From positions 1 through 42,893 of the forward strand of contig JALAGW010000174.1 of NCBI GenBank assembly GCA_022712235.1: a DNA stretch of 42,893 bases. The letters run 5' to 3'. The position numbers and the translations under genes were made by a program. The DNA is from Brevundimonas sp. (GTDB taxonomy: Bacteria > Pseudomonadota > Alphaproteobacteria > Caulobacterales > Caulobacteraceae). The notes under the pieces were generated by a model. That model ran no database searches. It worked only from the letters and a program-made list of their open reading frames with translations, and was not told where the DNA came from. Shown here piece after piece: positions 1 to 10,600 of this stretch (position 1 is its first letter; every line of letters starts with the position of its first letter).

Positions 1-637
<637 letters not shown>

Positions 638-638
<1 letters not shown>

Positions 639-922
639 CAGGCGATCTCGTTTCGCGCGTGGTCGAGGCTGTGGCCGACGGTGGGGCCGGCCGAGCGGAT
701 GCGCGCCTTCCGCCGGTCGCGACCGGCGGGGGCGCGACCCTCAACCTCGATCAGGTAGGGATTGACGAAGACGGCCGGGCGCGATTGGGCCAGGATCAGG
801 GCGGTTTCAGCGGCCTCGGCGTCCAGGGGGCGGGCGGCGGCAATGGTCTCGACCACGGCGTCGGCCTCGCCCAGGTAGATGACGCGGCCGTCGTTCAGCC
901 GGTTGGCGGTCAGCAGTTTCAT
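638..922 (-). CDS. DUF2849-like small protein of alphaproteobacterial cys operons
   Basis: MKLLTANRLNDGRVIYL...VNPYLIEV...RIRSAGPTV matches the family pattern. It lies between cysG and the sulfite reductase with overlapping stop/start codons. Confidence 0.8.
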
Positions 923-2322
923 GCCGCAGCCTCGATCAAGGCGCCCTCGTCGGCGACGACGGCCAGGGCGGCGGTCTCCCCGACGAACAGCAAGGCGGGG
1001 CCGGTCAGGTCCATGCGAGCGACCAGGGCGGCCAGGCCGTCGAGGCGACCCTTGAAGGTGCGCTGCTCGGTGCGGCTTCCGTTCTCGACCACGGCGACGG
1101 GTGTGGCGTCGCCGCGTCCGGCGGCGATCAGGCTGGAGGCGATGTTCTCGGCCTGACCCGCGCCCATGTAGACGGCCAGCGTATGGTTCGGCGCCGCCAG
1201 ACGGGCCCAGTCCGCGTCCTGACCGCCTGGCTTGGGCTGACCGGTGACGAAGGTCACGGCCTGGGCGTGGTCACGGTGGGTCAGGGGCAGGCCGGTTGAG
1301 GCGGCGCAGGCGAGGGCGGCGGTGATGCCCGGCACGACAATGGCTTCGATCCCGGCGGCGCGGACGGCCCCCCGTGCCTCTCCGCCACGCCCCACTCCGA
1401 ACGGATCGCCGCCGTTCCGGCGAACGACGCGGTGGCCGGCGCGGGCCTCCTTGATCATCAGCTGTTCGATCTGGTCCTGCGGCACCGAATGGTCGCCGCG
1501 CGACTTGCCGACATAGATGCGCCTGGCGTCGCGGCGGGCGCGGTCCAGCACCTCGGCCGAGACCAGCCTGTCGTGGATGATGACGTCGGCGTCCTGCAGG
1601 GCGCGCAGGGCCTTCAACGTCAGAAGTTCGGGATCGCCGGGCCCCGCGCCGACGATGTGGACGACGCCCTGGGCGGCTTCTTCGCGCGGCGTCGCGGCGA
1701 GGTTCAGCATGCGAACCATTTCGCGACGGGCCTCAGCCATGCGGCCCTCGGCGGCGAGGTCGGCGGCGGGGCTACGAAACGCCTTTTCCCAGAAACGACG
1801 GCGCGCCAGAAAGTCGGGAATGGATTCCTTCACCGCGCCGCGCAGTTCGCCCGCCATCCGCGCGACCGAGGCCACGCCTTGGGGCAAAACGGCTTCGATG
1901 CGCGAGCGCAGGTCACGGGCCAGGATGGGGGCGTTTCCGCCGGTCGCTACGGCCACGACCACCTCATCGCGGTCGATCAGGGCCGGGGTATGGAAGTCGC
2001 TGAAGGCCGGCTGATCGACGAGGTTGGCCTGAGCGCCAGCCTTGCGGGCGGCATCGGCGATGACGCGGGCGACGGCGAGATCGGGGAGGGCGATGAAGAC
2101 CAGTTGGGCGCCGTTCAGATCGCCGGCGTCGGGAATGCGCGCGAGTGGTGCCGGCGCGCCGACCGGAGTTTCCAGCGCGGCAGGCACGCCATCTGGAGTG
2201 AACCAGGCCAGGTCGGCAGGGCTGTTCAGGAACAGGCGCAGCTTGGCCAGGGCCGGTTCGTCTGCGCCGACGACGACGACTTTCGCCCCCTCCAGGGGGA
2301 TGGATGCCAGAAAGACGCGCAT
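919..2322 (-). CDS. cysG: Siroheme synthase (precorrin-2 dehydrogenase/ferrochelatase plus uroporphyrinogen-III C-methyltransferase)
   Basis: N-terminal NLVDQPAFSDFHTPALIDR and VATGGNAPILAR; C-terminal VGAGPGDPELLTLKA, YVGKSRG, GGDPF and VPGITAA. Start moved to MRVFLASIPL at 2322 (track start 2379). Confidence 0.92.
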   Translation of the reverse strand: MRVFLASIPLEGAKVVVVGADEPALAKLRLFLNSPADLAWFTPDGVPAALETPVGAPAPLARIPDAGDLNGAQLVFIALPDLAVARVIADAARKAGAQANLVDQPAFSDFHTPALIDRDEVVVAVATGGNAPILARDLRSRIEAVLPQGVASVARMAGELRGAVKESIPDFLARRRFWEKAFRSPAADLAAEGRMAEARREMVRMLNLAATPREEAAQGVVHIVGAGPGDPELLTLKALRALQDADVIIHDRLVSAEVLDRARRDARRIYVGKSRGDHSVPQDQIEQLMIKEARAGHRVVRRNGGDPFGVGRGGEARGAVRAAGIEAIVVPGITAALACAASTGLPLTHRDHAQAVTFVTGQPKPGGQDADWARLAAPNHTLAVYMGAGQAENIASSLIAAGRGDATPVAVVENGSRTEQRTFKGRLDGLAALVARMDLTGPALLFVGETAALAVVADEGALIEAAA

Positions 2323-2407
2323 CGGCCTGTTCCATGATTTGCTGTCTTCCGCCCTTGCTTTTGCGTGGCGGCTCGACATTCAGCATCGGTCGTGCACGAT
2401 CCTTCCA

Positions 2408-2446
2408 CAAACCAGATTGTCTTCGCTGCCCTGATAGGTTTTCTAC
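2408..2446 (-). promoter_or_regulatory. Candidate LysR operator/promoter motif, copy 1 (faces cysG, overlaps the lysR promoter region)
   Basis: Minus strand GTAGAAAACCTATCAGGGCAGCGAAGACAATCTGGTTTG; aligns without gaps to the copies at 3391 and 4312. Confidence 0.6.
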
Positions 2447-2452
2447 AAGCGC

Positions 2453-3382
2453 ATGGTTCGACCGCTTCTGCCCCTCAACGCCCTGCGTGCTTTTGAAAGC
2501 GCGTCGCGGCATCTCAACTTCTCGCGGACGGCGGATGAGTTGTCGGTGACGCCGGGTGCTGTCAGCCAGCAGATCCGCCTGCTGGAGGAGATCATCGGCG
2601 GGCCTCTGTTCACACGCGAGGCGCGCGGATTGCAGCTGACCGAGCTGGGCCGCGCGGCCACGCCCCTGCTGCGCGAAGGGTTCGAGCGGCTGATGGACGC
2701 CTCGGCCATCCTGCGCGAACCGCCGCTGAACCGGACGGTGGCGATCAGCGTGGCGCCGTCCTTCGCTTCCAAGTGGTTGATGCCGCGCATGGATGAATTC
2801 CACGCCGCCCACCCGGACATCGAGGTGTGGAGTTCGGCGGACATGGAGCCGGTGACGGTGGGCAAGGGCAAGGTCGACCTGGCCATCCGCTATGGCCCCG
2901 GCGACTATCCGGGCTATGTGGTCGAGCGTCTGTTGACTGAGACGGTCATACCCGTCTGCTCGCCCGCCCTGATGGCCGCGCCCCATCCTATCCGCACTGC
3001 AGAGGACCTGGCCCGGCATACCCTGTTGCACGACATGTCCGAGGACGGTGACGCTTCTCGTCCCGATTGGGCCATGTGGTTGAAGGCCCGGCACGCCAGC
3101 CATGCCGATGCGCGGCGCGGCTCGCGCTTTGACCAGTCCAGCATGCTGATCGAGGCGGCGGCGGCGGGGCGGGGCGTGGCCCTGGCCAAACGCAGCTTGG
3201 CCCAGGCGGACCTCGCCACCGGGCGTCTGGTCGCGCCCTTCCCCGATGGCAGTCAGGTGCTGGGTTTCGCCTATTTCGTGGTCATGCCGCGGGCCCGTCC
3301 GGGCTCGCCCGGCACCAAGGCCTTCGTGGCCTGGCTGAAGCGGCAGGCCATCGACTACGACAACAATTTGGACCAGCTTTAA
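2453..3382 (+). CDS. LysR-family transcriptional regulator, GcvA/AmpR-like
   Basis: LPLNALRAFESASRHLNFSRTADELSVTPGAVSQQIRLLEE helix-turn-helix; SFASKWLMPR, VDLAIRYG and AAAGRGVALA substrate-binding domain. Divergent from cysG. Confidence 0.93.
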   Translation: MVRPLLPLNALRAFESASRHLNFSRTADELSVTPGAVSQQIRLLEEIIGGPLFTREARGLQLTELGRAATPLLREGFERLMDASAILREPPLNRTVAISVAPSFASKWLMPRMDEFHAAHPDIEVWSSADMEPVTVGKGKVDLAIRYGPGDYPGYVVERLLTETVIPVCSPALMAAPHPIRTAEDLARHTLLHDMSEDGDASRPDWAMWLKARHASHADARRGSRFDQSSMLIEAAAAGRGVALAKRSLAQADLATGRLVAPFPDGSQVLGFAYFVVMPRARPGSPGTKAFVAWLKRQAIDYDNNLDQL

Positions 3383-3390
3383 ATCGACCA

Positions 3391-3429
3391 GCAGATTTTC
3401 TGCAGGCTCGAAGCAGGATTGATCGTTTC
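3391..3429 (+). promoter_or_regulatory. Candidate LysR operator/promoter motif, copy 2 (upstream of fpr)
   Basis: GCAGATTTTCTGCAGGCTCGAAGCAGGATTGATCGTTTC; dyad GCAG-N5-CTGC. Confidence 0.6.
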
Positions 3430-3482
3430 CTCGGCGAGCGCGTCCCGCCCTATCTCGAAGGCCTTCAAACAGGAGGTCGATC

Positions 3483-4307
3483 GTGAGCGAAGTCGCAGTT
3501 CTGGAACGTTCCCGTGTCGCGGCGGCCGCGCCCTGGACCCCGCAGCGGGTGCGCTGGGTGCGGCGCTGGACCGATCACCTCTTCAGCTTCGCCATCGACC
3601 GGCCGGAGGGCTTTCGTTTCCGCTCGGGCGAGTTCGTGATGATCGGCCTGCCGTCTCTGGACGACGCAGGTAAGCCGACTTTGCGGGCCTATTCCATCGC
3701 CAGTCCGTCGTGGTCGGACGAACTGGAGTTCTTCTCCATCCGCGTCGAGGACGGGCCGCTGACATCGCGGCTGGTCGACATCCAGCCCGGCGACGAGGTG
3801 TTCCTGGGCAGGAAGCCGACCGGGACCCTGGTGCTGGATGCGCTCAAGCCGGGGCGGCGGCTGTTCCTGATCGGCACGGGCACCGGTCTGGCCCCCTGGC
3901 TTAGCGTGGCGCGCGATCCCGAAACCTATGAGCGGTTCGATCAGGTGATCGTCACCCATACCGTGCGTCAGGTCGCGGATTTGGCCTATCGCGACTTCTT
4001 GCAAACGGAACTGCTCGAGGACCCTCTGGTGGGCGAGCAGGCGCAAGAACGGCTGACCTACTACCCCACGGTGACGCGCGAGGCGTTCGAGCGGCCGGGG
4101 CGGATCACCGACCGCATCCTGAGCGGTGACTTCTTCCGCGACCTTGGGCTGGAAGGCCGGTTCGATCCGGCCTTGGACCGGGTCATGCTGTGCGGCTCGA
4201 CCGCCATGATCCGCGAGGCGGCGGCCCTGTTGGAAAGCCATGGCCTCGGCGAAGGCTCGAACGCCGAACCGGGCGACTATGTGCTGGAACGCGCCTTCGT
4301 CGGCTGA
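3483..4307 (+). CDS. fpr: Ferredoxin--NADP+ reductase (bacterial subclass)
   Basis: FRFRSGEFVMIGL, RAYSIAS, GPLTSRL, GTGTGLAP, MLCGS and C-terminal ERAFVG. SD AGGAGG precedes the GTG start. Confidence 0.95.
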   Translation: MSEVAVLERSRVAAAAPWTPQRVRWVRRWTDHLFSFAIDRPEGFRFRSGEFVMIGLPSLDDAGKPTLRAYSIASPSWSDELEFFSIRVEDGPLTSRLVDIQPGDEVFLGRKPTGTLVLDALKPGRRLFLIGTGTGLAPWLSVARDPETYERFDQVIVTHTVRQVADLAYRDFLQTELLEDPLVGEQAQERLTYYPTVTREAFERPGRITDRILSGDFFRDLGLEGRFDPALDRVMLCGSTAMIREAAALLESHGLGEGSNAEPGDYVLERAFVG

Positions 4308-4311
4308 CCCC

Positions 4312-4350
4312 GCAGATTTTCTATCGGCCGGAGCGAGATCATATCGTTCG
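4312..4350 (+). promoter_or_regulatory. Candidate LysR operator/promoter motif, copy 3 (upstream of cysD)
   Basis: GCAGATTTTCTATCGGCCGGAGCGAGATCATATCGTTCG. Confidence 0.6.
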
Positions 4351-4415
4351 ACGCGGACCGGCCCTCCACGCTTCAAATATCCCTCGTTCAAGACGACCAG
4401 TGAGGACCGCAGCCT

Positions 4416-5360
4416 ATGCAGGCGACCGTCGAAAAGCAGAGAGACGCCGCCGCGCGTCGCGTCCTGCCCCAGCATCTGCGCCGGCTGGAGGCCGAGGCGA
4501 TCGAGATCCTGCGCGAGGTGGCGGCCACCGCCCGCAACCCGGTCATGATGTATTCGATCGGCAAGGATTCGGGCGTCCTGCTGCATCTGGCCGCCAAGGC
4601 CTTCTATCCAGGGCGGCCGCCATTTCCGCTGCTGCACGTCGACACGACGTGGAAGTTCCGGGACATGATCACCCACCGCGATCATGTGGCGGGCCTCTAT
4701 GGCGCTCGGTTGCTGGTTCACACCAATCACGAGGCCCTGGCACGCGGGGTCAGCCCGATCACCTCGGGATCGTCGGCTCACACTCAGGCCATGAAGACCG
4801 ACGCCCTTAAGCAGGCGCTGGACCTGCACGGCTTTGACGTCGCCATCGGCGGCGCCCGGCGCGACGAGGAGAAGTCGCGGGCCAAGGAGCGCATCTTCTC
4901 CTTCCGGGGGGTGGACCACAGCTGGGACCCGCGTCGCCAGCGGCCGGAGCTGTGGCGCTTGTGGAACTCCAACCTGGGGCCGGGTGAGAGCCTGCGCGTC
5001 TTCCCCCTGTCGAACTGGACCGAGCTGGACGTTTGGGAATACACGCGCGCCGAAGGCATCCCGGTCGTGCCGCTCTACTTTTCGGCCCTGCGCCCCGTGG
5101 TGGTGCGCGACGGCGCCCTGATCGTGCGCGACGACGAGCGGTTGCCGTTGAGGGAAGGCGAGACGCCCGAACTGCGCCGCGTCCGGTTCCGCTCCCTGGG
5201 CTGCTACCCCTTGAGCGCGGCGGTGGAATCCGAGGCGGACGATCTGGACGCCGTCATTCGTGAACTGAGGGTCAGCCGTCAGTCAGAGCGGCAGGGGCGC
5301 CTGATCGACGCCGACGAGACCGCCTCGATGGAGCGCAAGAAGCGCGAGGGCTACTTCTGA
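4416..5360 (+). CDS. cysD: Sulfate adenylyltransferase subunit 2
   Basis: YSIGKDS PP-loop, [30 protein letters not shown] and C-terminal [11 protein letters not shown]. Confidence 0.97.
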   Translation: MQATVEKQRDAAARRVLPQHLRRLEAEAIEILREVAATARNPVMMYSIGKDSGVLLHLAAKAFYPGRPPFPLLHVDTTWKFRDMITHRDHVAGLYGARLLVHTNHEALARGVSPITSGSSAHTQAMKTDALKQALDLHGFDVAIGGARRDEEKSRAKERIFSFRGVDHSWDPRRQRPELWRLWNSNLGPGESLRVFPLSNWTELDVWEYTRAEGIPVVPLYFSALRPVVVRDGALIVRDDERLPLREGETPELRRVRFRSLGCYPLSAAVESEADDLDAVIRELRVSRQSERQGRLIDADETASMERKKREGYF

Positions 5361-7210
5361 TGGACGGCGCCGTGACAGCCTTCCCGCCGCAAACCCAGGG
5401 GGCGGAACGCGACCTGCTGCGCTTCCTGACCTGCGGATCGGTGGACGACGGCAAGTCGACCCTGATCGGGCGGCTGCTGTTCGAAACGGGACAGGTGCCC
5501 GAGGATCAGCTGGCGACGCTTGAACGCGACTCGCGCCGCTTCGGCACGGACGGGGCCAACCTGGACTATGCTCTGCTGCTGGATGGGTTGGAGGCCGAGC
5601 GCGAGCAGGGCATCACCATCGACGTGGCCTATCGCTACATGTCCACGCCGCGCCGCAGCTTCATCGTCGCCGACACGCCAGGGCATGAGCAATATACCCG
5701 CAACATGGCCACCGGCGCCTCGACCTGCGACGCCGCCGTCGTCCTGGTCGATGCGGTCAAGGGCGTCACGGCGCAGACGGCGCGCCACAGCCGCATCATC
5801 GCTCTGTTCGGCATTCGCCATGTCATTCTGGCGGTGAACAAGATCGACCTGGTGGCGCACGATCCCTCGGTGTTCGTGCGCATTCGCGAGGCCTATGCAG
5901 ATCTGGTCGCCGACCTGGATTTCCGCTCGGTGACGGCCATTCCGGTCAGCGCGCGCCGGGGCGACAATCTGACGGCGCCGTCCGCCGCCACGTCCTGGTA
6001 TGACGGCCCCAGCCTGATCCGGGCGCTGGAGGACCTGCCGGTGGCCGAGACCGGCGTCGCGCGACCCTTCCGTCTTGCGGTCCAGTATGTGAACCGGCCC
6101 GACGCCGATTTCCGAGGCTACGCCGGGACCATCGCTTCGGGCGAGGTGAGGGTGGGCGACGCCCTGGCGGTCTGCCCCAGCGGGCGCACGGCGCGGCTGA
6201 CGCGCATTCTGTTGGGCGACATAGAGGCGGTTCAGGCCCGCGCGGGCGACGCGGTGACCTTGGTGCTGGACGATGAGATGGACGTGGCGCGCGGCGACGT
6301 GCTGGCCCCGGCCGACGACCGCCCGGCGGCCTCGGACCGACTGGATGTCCGACTGCTGTGGATGGGGGATCAGCCCTTTGATCCGGCGGGGCGCTATCAG
6401 GTCAAGCTGGGCGCCCGGACCCTGCCGGCCCGGCTGACCCTGTCGGACGCCGCAGTCGCCCTGGCGCCCAATGAGGTGGCGGACGGGCGTCTGAACCTGT
6501 CCTCGCCGGTCGCGGCCGACGCCTTCCGCGACGATCCGGCCCAGGGCGCCTTTGTGCTGATCGACCGGACGACGGGCGTCACGGTCGCTGCCGGCGTGGT
6601 CGTCGGCACATCCGATCAAAAGGCCCATATTCATTACAGCTCCGCCGCCGTCTCGCGTGAGACGCATGAACTGCTGAACGGCCATCGCGGCGGCGTGGTC
6701 TGGCTGACCGGCCTATCGGGCGCGGGCAAGTCCACCGTGGCTCAGGCCTTGCAACAGAGTCTGCATGGGCGCGGTTGCCGCACCGTCCTGCTGGACGGCG
6801 ACAACCTGCGTCACGGGCTGAACCGCGATCTCGGATTTTCGGACGCGGATCGCGCAGAGAACGTGCGCCGGACGGGCGAGGCGGCGCGGTTGTTCGCCGA
6901 GACCGGCGTGATCGCCATCTGCGCCCTGATCTCGCCGCGTCAGGCGGATCGGGACGCGGTGCGGGCGCGCTTTGACGACGACCGCTTCGTCGAGGTCTTC
7001 GTGGACGCCTCGCTGGAAAGCTGCCAGGCGCGCGATCCCAAGGGCCTCTATGCGCGAGCCTCGGCCGGAACTATCGCGGGCTTCACCGGGATCGCCGCCC
7101 CCTATGAGGCACCCCGCGCGCCCGACCTGACCCTGGCCACCGAACAGTTGTCGCCCGCGTCGGCGGCCGGTGCGGTGCGCCGTCTTCTTGAAGAACGCGG
7201 CTGGCTCTAG
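5360..7210 (+). CDS. cysNC: Bifunctional sulfate adenylyltransferase subunit 1 / adenylyl-sulfate kinase
   Basis: GTPase motifs [40 protein letters not shown] and NKID; APS kinase motifs [22 protein letters not shown] and RDPKGLY. Coupled to cysD by TGATG. Confidence 0.96.
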   Translation: MDGAVTAFPPQTQGAERDLLRFLTCGSVDDGKSTLIGRLLFETGQVPEDQLATLERDSRRFGTDGANLDYALLLDGLEAEREQGITIDVAYRYMSTPRRSFIVADTPGHEQYTRNMATGASTCDAAVVLVDAVKGVTAQTARHSRIIALFGIRHVILAVNKIDLVAHDPSVFVRIREAYADLVADLDFRSVTAIPVSARRGDNLTAPSAATSWYDGPSLIRALEDLPVAETGVARPFRLAVQYVNRPDADFRGYAGTIASGEVRVGDALAVCPSGRTARLTRILLGDIEAVQARAGDAVTLVLDDEMDVARGDVLAPADDRPAASDRLDVRLLWMGDQPFDPAGRYQVKLGARTLPARLTLSDAAVALAPNEVADGRLNLSSPVAADAFRDDPAQGAFVLIDRTTGVTVAAGVVVGTSDQKAHIHYSSAAVSRETHELLNGHRGGVVWLTGLSGAGKSTVAQALQQSLHGRGCRTVLLDGDNLRHGLNRDLGFSDADRAENVRRTGEAARLFAETGVIAICALISPRQADRDAVRARFDDDRFVEVFVDASLESCQARDPKGLYARASAGTIAGFTGIAAPYEAPRAPDLTLATEQLSPASAAGAVRRLLEERGWL

Positions 7211-7236
7211 GCCGCCGCCATGACTGGATCCTGCTC

Positions 7237-7575
7237 GTGACCTATCTCGTCACCGACGCCTGCGTGAAATGCAAGTTCATGGACTGCGTCGAAGTCTGTC
7301 CCGTGGACTGCTTCTACGAGGGCGAGAACTTCCTCGTCATCTCGCCTGACGACTGCATCGACTGCGGCGTCTGCGAGCCGGAATGCCCCGTCGACGCCAT
7401 CGTGGCGGACACCGAGGATACACCGGATGGCAAGTGGCTGACCATCAACGCCGACTACGCCAAGCTCTGGCCTAACATCACGGTCAAGGGCGAATCGCCC
7501 GCTGACCGGGCTCAGTATGAAACCGAGAGCGGCAAATTCGAGAAGTATTTCAGCCCCAAGCCTGGCGGGGTCTAG
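7237..7575 (+). CDS. fdxA: FdxA-type (7Fe) ferredoxin
   Basis: [55 protein letters not shown]. Confidence 0.95.
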   Translation: MTYLVTDACVKCKFMDCVEVCPVDCFYEGENFLVISPDDCIDCGVCEPECPVDAIVADTEDTPDGKWLTINADYAKLWPNITVKGESPADRAQYETESGKFEKYFSPKPGGV

Positions 7576-7620
7576 TTCGGCCTCTAGGGCGTCCCGCCTT
7601 GCGTCCCTCAAGCCATCATA

Positions 7621-7655
7621 AAAAAGGCCGCCGGGTATCCGGCGGCCTTTCGTTT
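7621..7655. terminator. Bidirectional intrinsic terminator between fdxA and the autotransporter
   Basis: AAAAAGGCCGCCGG-GTAT-CCGGCGGCCTTTCGTTT; perfect GC-rich stem flanked by an A-tract and a T-tract. Confidence 0.9.
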
Positions 7656-7672
7656 GATCGGGATCGACTCGA

Positions 7673-10600
7673 TCAGAACTTGAAGCTGGCTCGCAGCAGC
7701 AGGGTGTAGCGGACGTAGTCCTCCAGCAGCTCGGCGTCGCCAGTGATGGCGAGCATGCCCAGGTCGTTGCCGACGTTCAGGCGGAAGCCGAGGATAGGGC
7801 CGCCGCCTTCGATGCTGGCCGGGTCCAGAGTGAAGGCGTCGCCGCCAGAGGCGAAGCGAGCGATGGTGGAGCCTGCATCGACCGAGAAGTTCTGACGCCA
7901 GCCGACCCGCACTTCCGGGCGAACCCAGCCGTTTTTACCGAAGCCATAGCCGATGTTCACGGCGGCCACGCCGGAGAACATGTGACCATCGCGTTCGTCG
8001 ATCTCGAGATCGAACCCATCGCCGCCGCCCTTTTCGGTACGAGCGTCTTCGCTCAGCGAGAAATACTCGCCGTAGATTTCAGGGCGGACATTCAGGCGGC
8101 CGAAATGACGCTCGTAAGAAGCGCCGCCCGCAGCGGCCAGGGTGAAGCCGTGCCAGTCGGACTCGTTCTTCAGGTTGATGCCGTCGGCGACGAGTTTACG
8201 CGTGGCGTTGAACGAGGCGTAGCCGCCGGCCGCTCGCGCCCAGGTGGTCCAGTATTGACCTTGTGCGCGCCAATAGAGGCCCAACTCCAGCCGGTTGGCC
8301 GACAGAACCTCTTCGGCTGCGGCCTCGGGATCTTCCAGAGCGGACGAGGTAAAGGCGGCGGTCAGGCCGATGGCGCCCATGTTGGTGCCGCGCTCCACGC
8401 CGCCCGCCACGCCGAAGCCTTCCGAACGGAAGCCGTAGGATTCAGTCTTGTCCTTGTCGGCGTAAAAGTTGATTTCCTGAACCCAGGCGCTGGTCTCGCC
8501 CGGCGCCGCCGAGGCGTTGCGGCCGGTCAGGGCGCGAGTGACAGCATCGACGCCGCTGGCAAGGGAGAGCAGGGGGCCGCCCGAGTGGTCGGGCAGGAGC
8601 TGTTCATAGACCTTGAAGAAGCCTTCGCGGTCCGTCTGGTTCAAAAGGGCCGCACGGATGAGTTCATTGTCCGCTAGGCCCGCATAGAGCGCGTCATAGG
8701 CCGAGGCCTCCGCCTTGATCATGCCGGCTTCTTCTGCGGTGCGCCGGCTGGCTTCGATCGTGATTTCGCCTAGCGCTTCATCGACCTTCGCATTGACCAC
8801 GAAGGCGTAGGGCGAGTTGGACTGCAACAGGTCTTGGTCGATCGTGCCTACGTCCAGATCGCTTGCCTTGAGCACGTTGAAACTGGTCTTGCCGTTCGGG
8901 TCGATCAACGAGTCAAAGCGCACGCCCAGGCCGGCTCCGTCGGCCAGGTTGGCGGCGCCGTCGACGTTGAACTTGAATTCGTTCTTCGTCGCGGCGTCCA
9001 GCGTGACGATCAAATTGCCATCCGCGCCGACATTCAGGCTGCTGACGTCCACCGTACCTGTCTGGCGTGCGTCCAGCGTGCCCTTGGAGATGTCGATGTC
9101 CAAAAGGCCGTCGCTATTGCTGATCGCGCCACGCACGACGGCGCCGCCCGAGATGGACAGGCGATCAGCACCGGCGCCGAAGGAAATGTCGCCCTGAACC
9201 ACGCCGTTCTGGATATCGAGCAGGTCGGCGCCCGATCCCAGCTTGATGTCGCCATAGGTCGAGGGTTCACGAGAATCCGTCACGCCGTCGCCATCGGTGT
9301 CCGGATCAGTAGCGGTGGCCTCGCTGGCGATCCCCTTCTGGGTGAAGGTGACGCCGGAGGTGTTGGCGCTGACGTCAATGGCCGTCGCCTTGCCCGTGAT
9401 CGGATCGCCCTTGGCGTTGGGTGTGACGCTGGCCTGAATAGAACGGGTGTTGGTGATTGACGTCAGGGTGCCGCTGAGATCTGCGATCGCCGTCGTGTTG
9501 CCTGTGCCGCCGCCCGTTGTGGCTGAAATCGCCCCGTTGTTTTCAATGGACGAGACATTGGCTCCGGCTTCGATCCGGATCGCCGTGATGAGGTTCGCAC
9601 CATCGGTGGCGGAGGCGGCGCTGACGGTGCCGGTATTGATCAAGGTCGGCGTGGTCGCTCCATCCTTGAAGCGGATGGCCGTGGCGTCGGCGTTGTTCGC
9701 GAGCACGGCGACCGAGCCTTCGTTCCGCACGCCGCCTTCGATAGTTACGGCCTGGCCGCCCTCGACGCCGAACTGCAGCGCGGTGGGAGCCACGTTGTCA
9801 TAGACGCCGATCCCGAAAATCTCGCCGCGGTTGACGAAACCGTAGGCGTTGTTGCCGGTTCCAGCGACGCCCAGAGTGACGTCGCTGGTTGTAGAACCAA
9901 CGACCACGGCAGGCGCGCCGCCGTAAGCCGTGACCTGAGCCTTGCTTTCATTGGCGTCCGGCAGGCCGTCACCGTCGCGATCCGTATCCTCGCGGTTCTT
10001 GACGCCGTCGCCGTCGTCGTCTTCATCGCCGTTCTTGACGCCGTCGCCGTCGTCGTCGCCGTCGATCCCATTGGCGCCGTAGCTCGGCCCCGTATCGAAC
10101 AGCACGCCCTTGGAGACGTCGGCGCTGATGCTTACAGCGGGGCCGCCCTGAAGCAGATCGTCAGCATCGAGGTTTTCCAGGAACAGGACTTCGGCAGGAA
10201 CGTCGCCCGTGGTTGGTTTGCTGTTGGGACGGGTCGTGTAGCGATAGCCCGTTGAGGTGATCGTGCCGTGGATCGCGACGCGTCCATCAACGGCGCCGTC
10301 CACGGCCACGCCGACGGCGTTCTCGCCACGAACCGAAACGCTCCCCAAAACGCTGACGTCGCCCGTCACCGGACCGGTGACGCTAATGCCTCGCGTATTA
10401 TCGCCGACGACATTGATCGCGCCGAAATTGGTCAGATTGCCGACCAGGGGGGCCTCGACCGAAATGCCGTAGGAGTTGTTGCCCTCGACCAGAATGGCGC
10501 CGCCGGTCTCGACCAGGATATTGCCTGTCTTGGCGTCGGAACCCGTTACCCTCAGGCCGTAGCGACCTGTGCCCGAAGCGAAGGGGCCGTCCGCGTCGCC

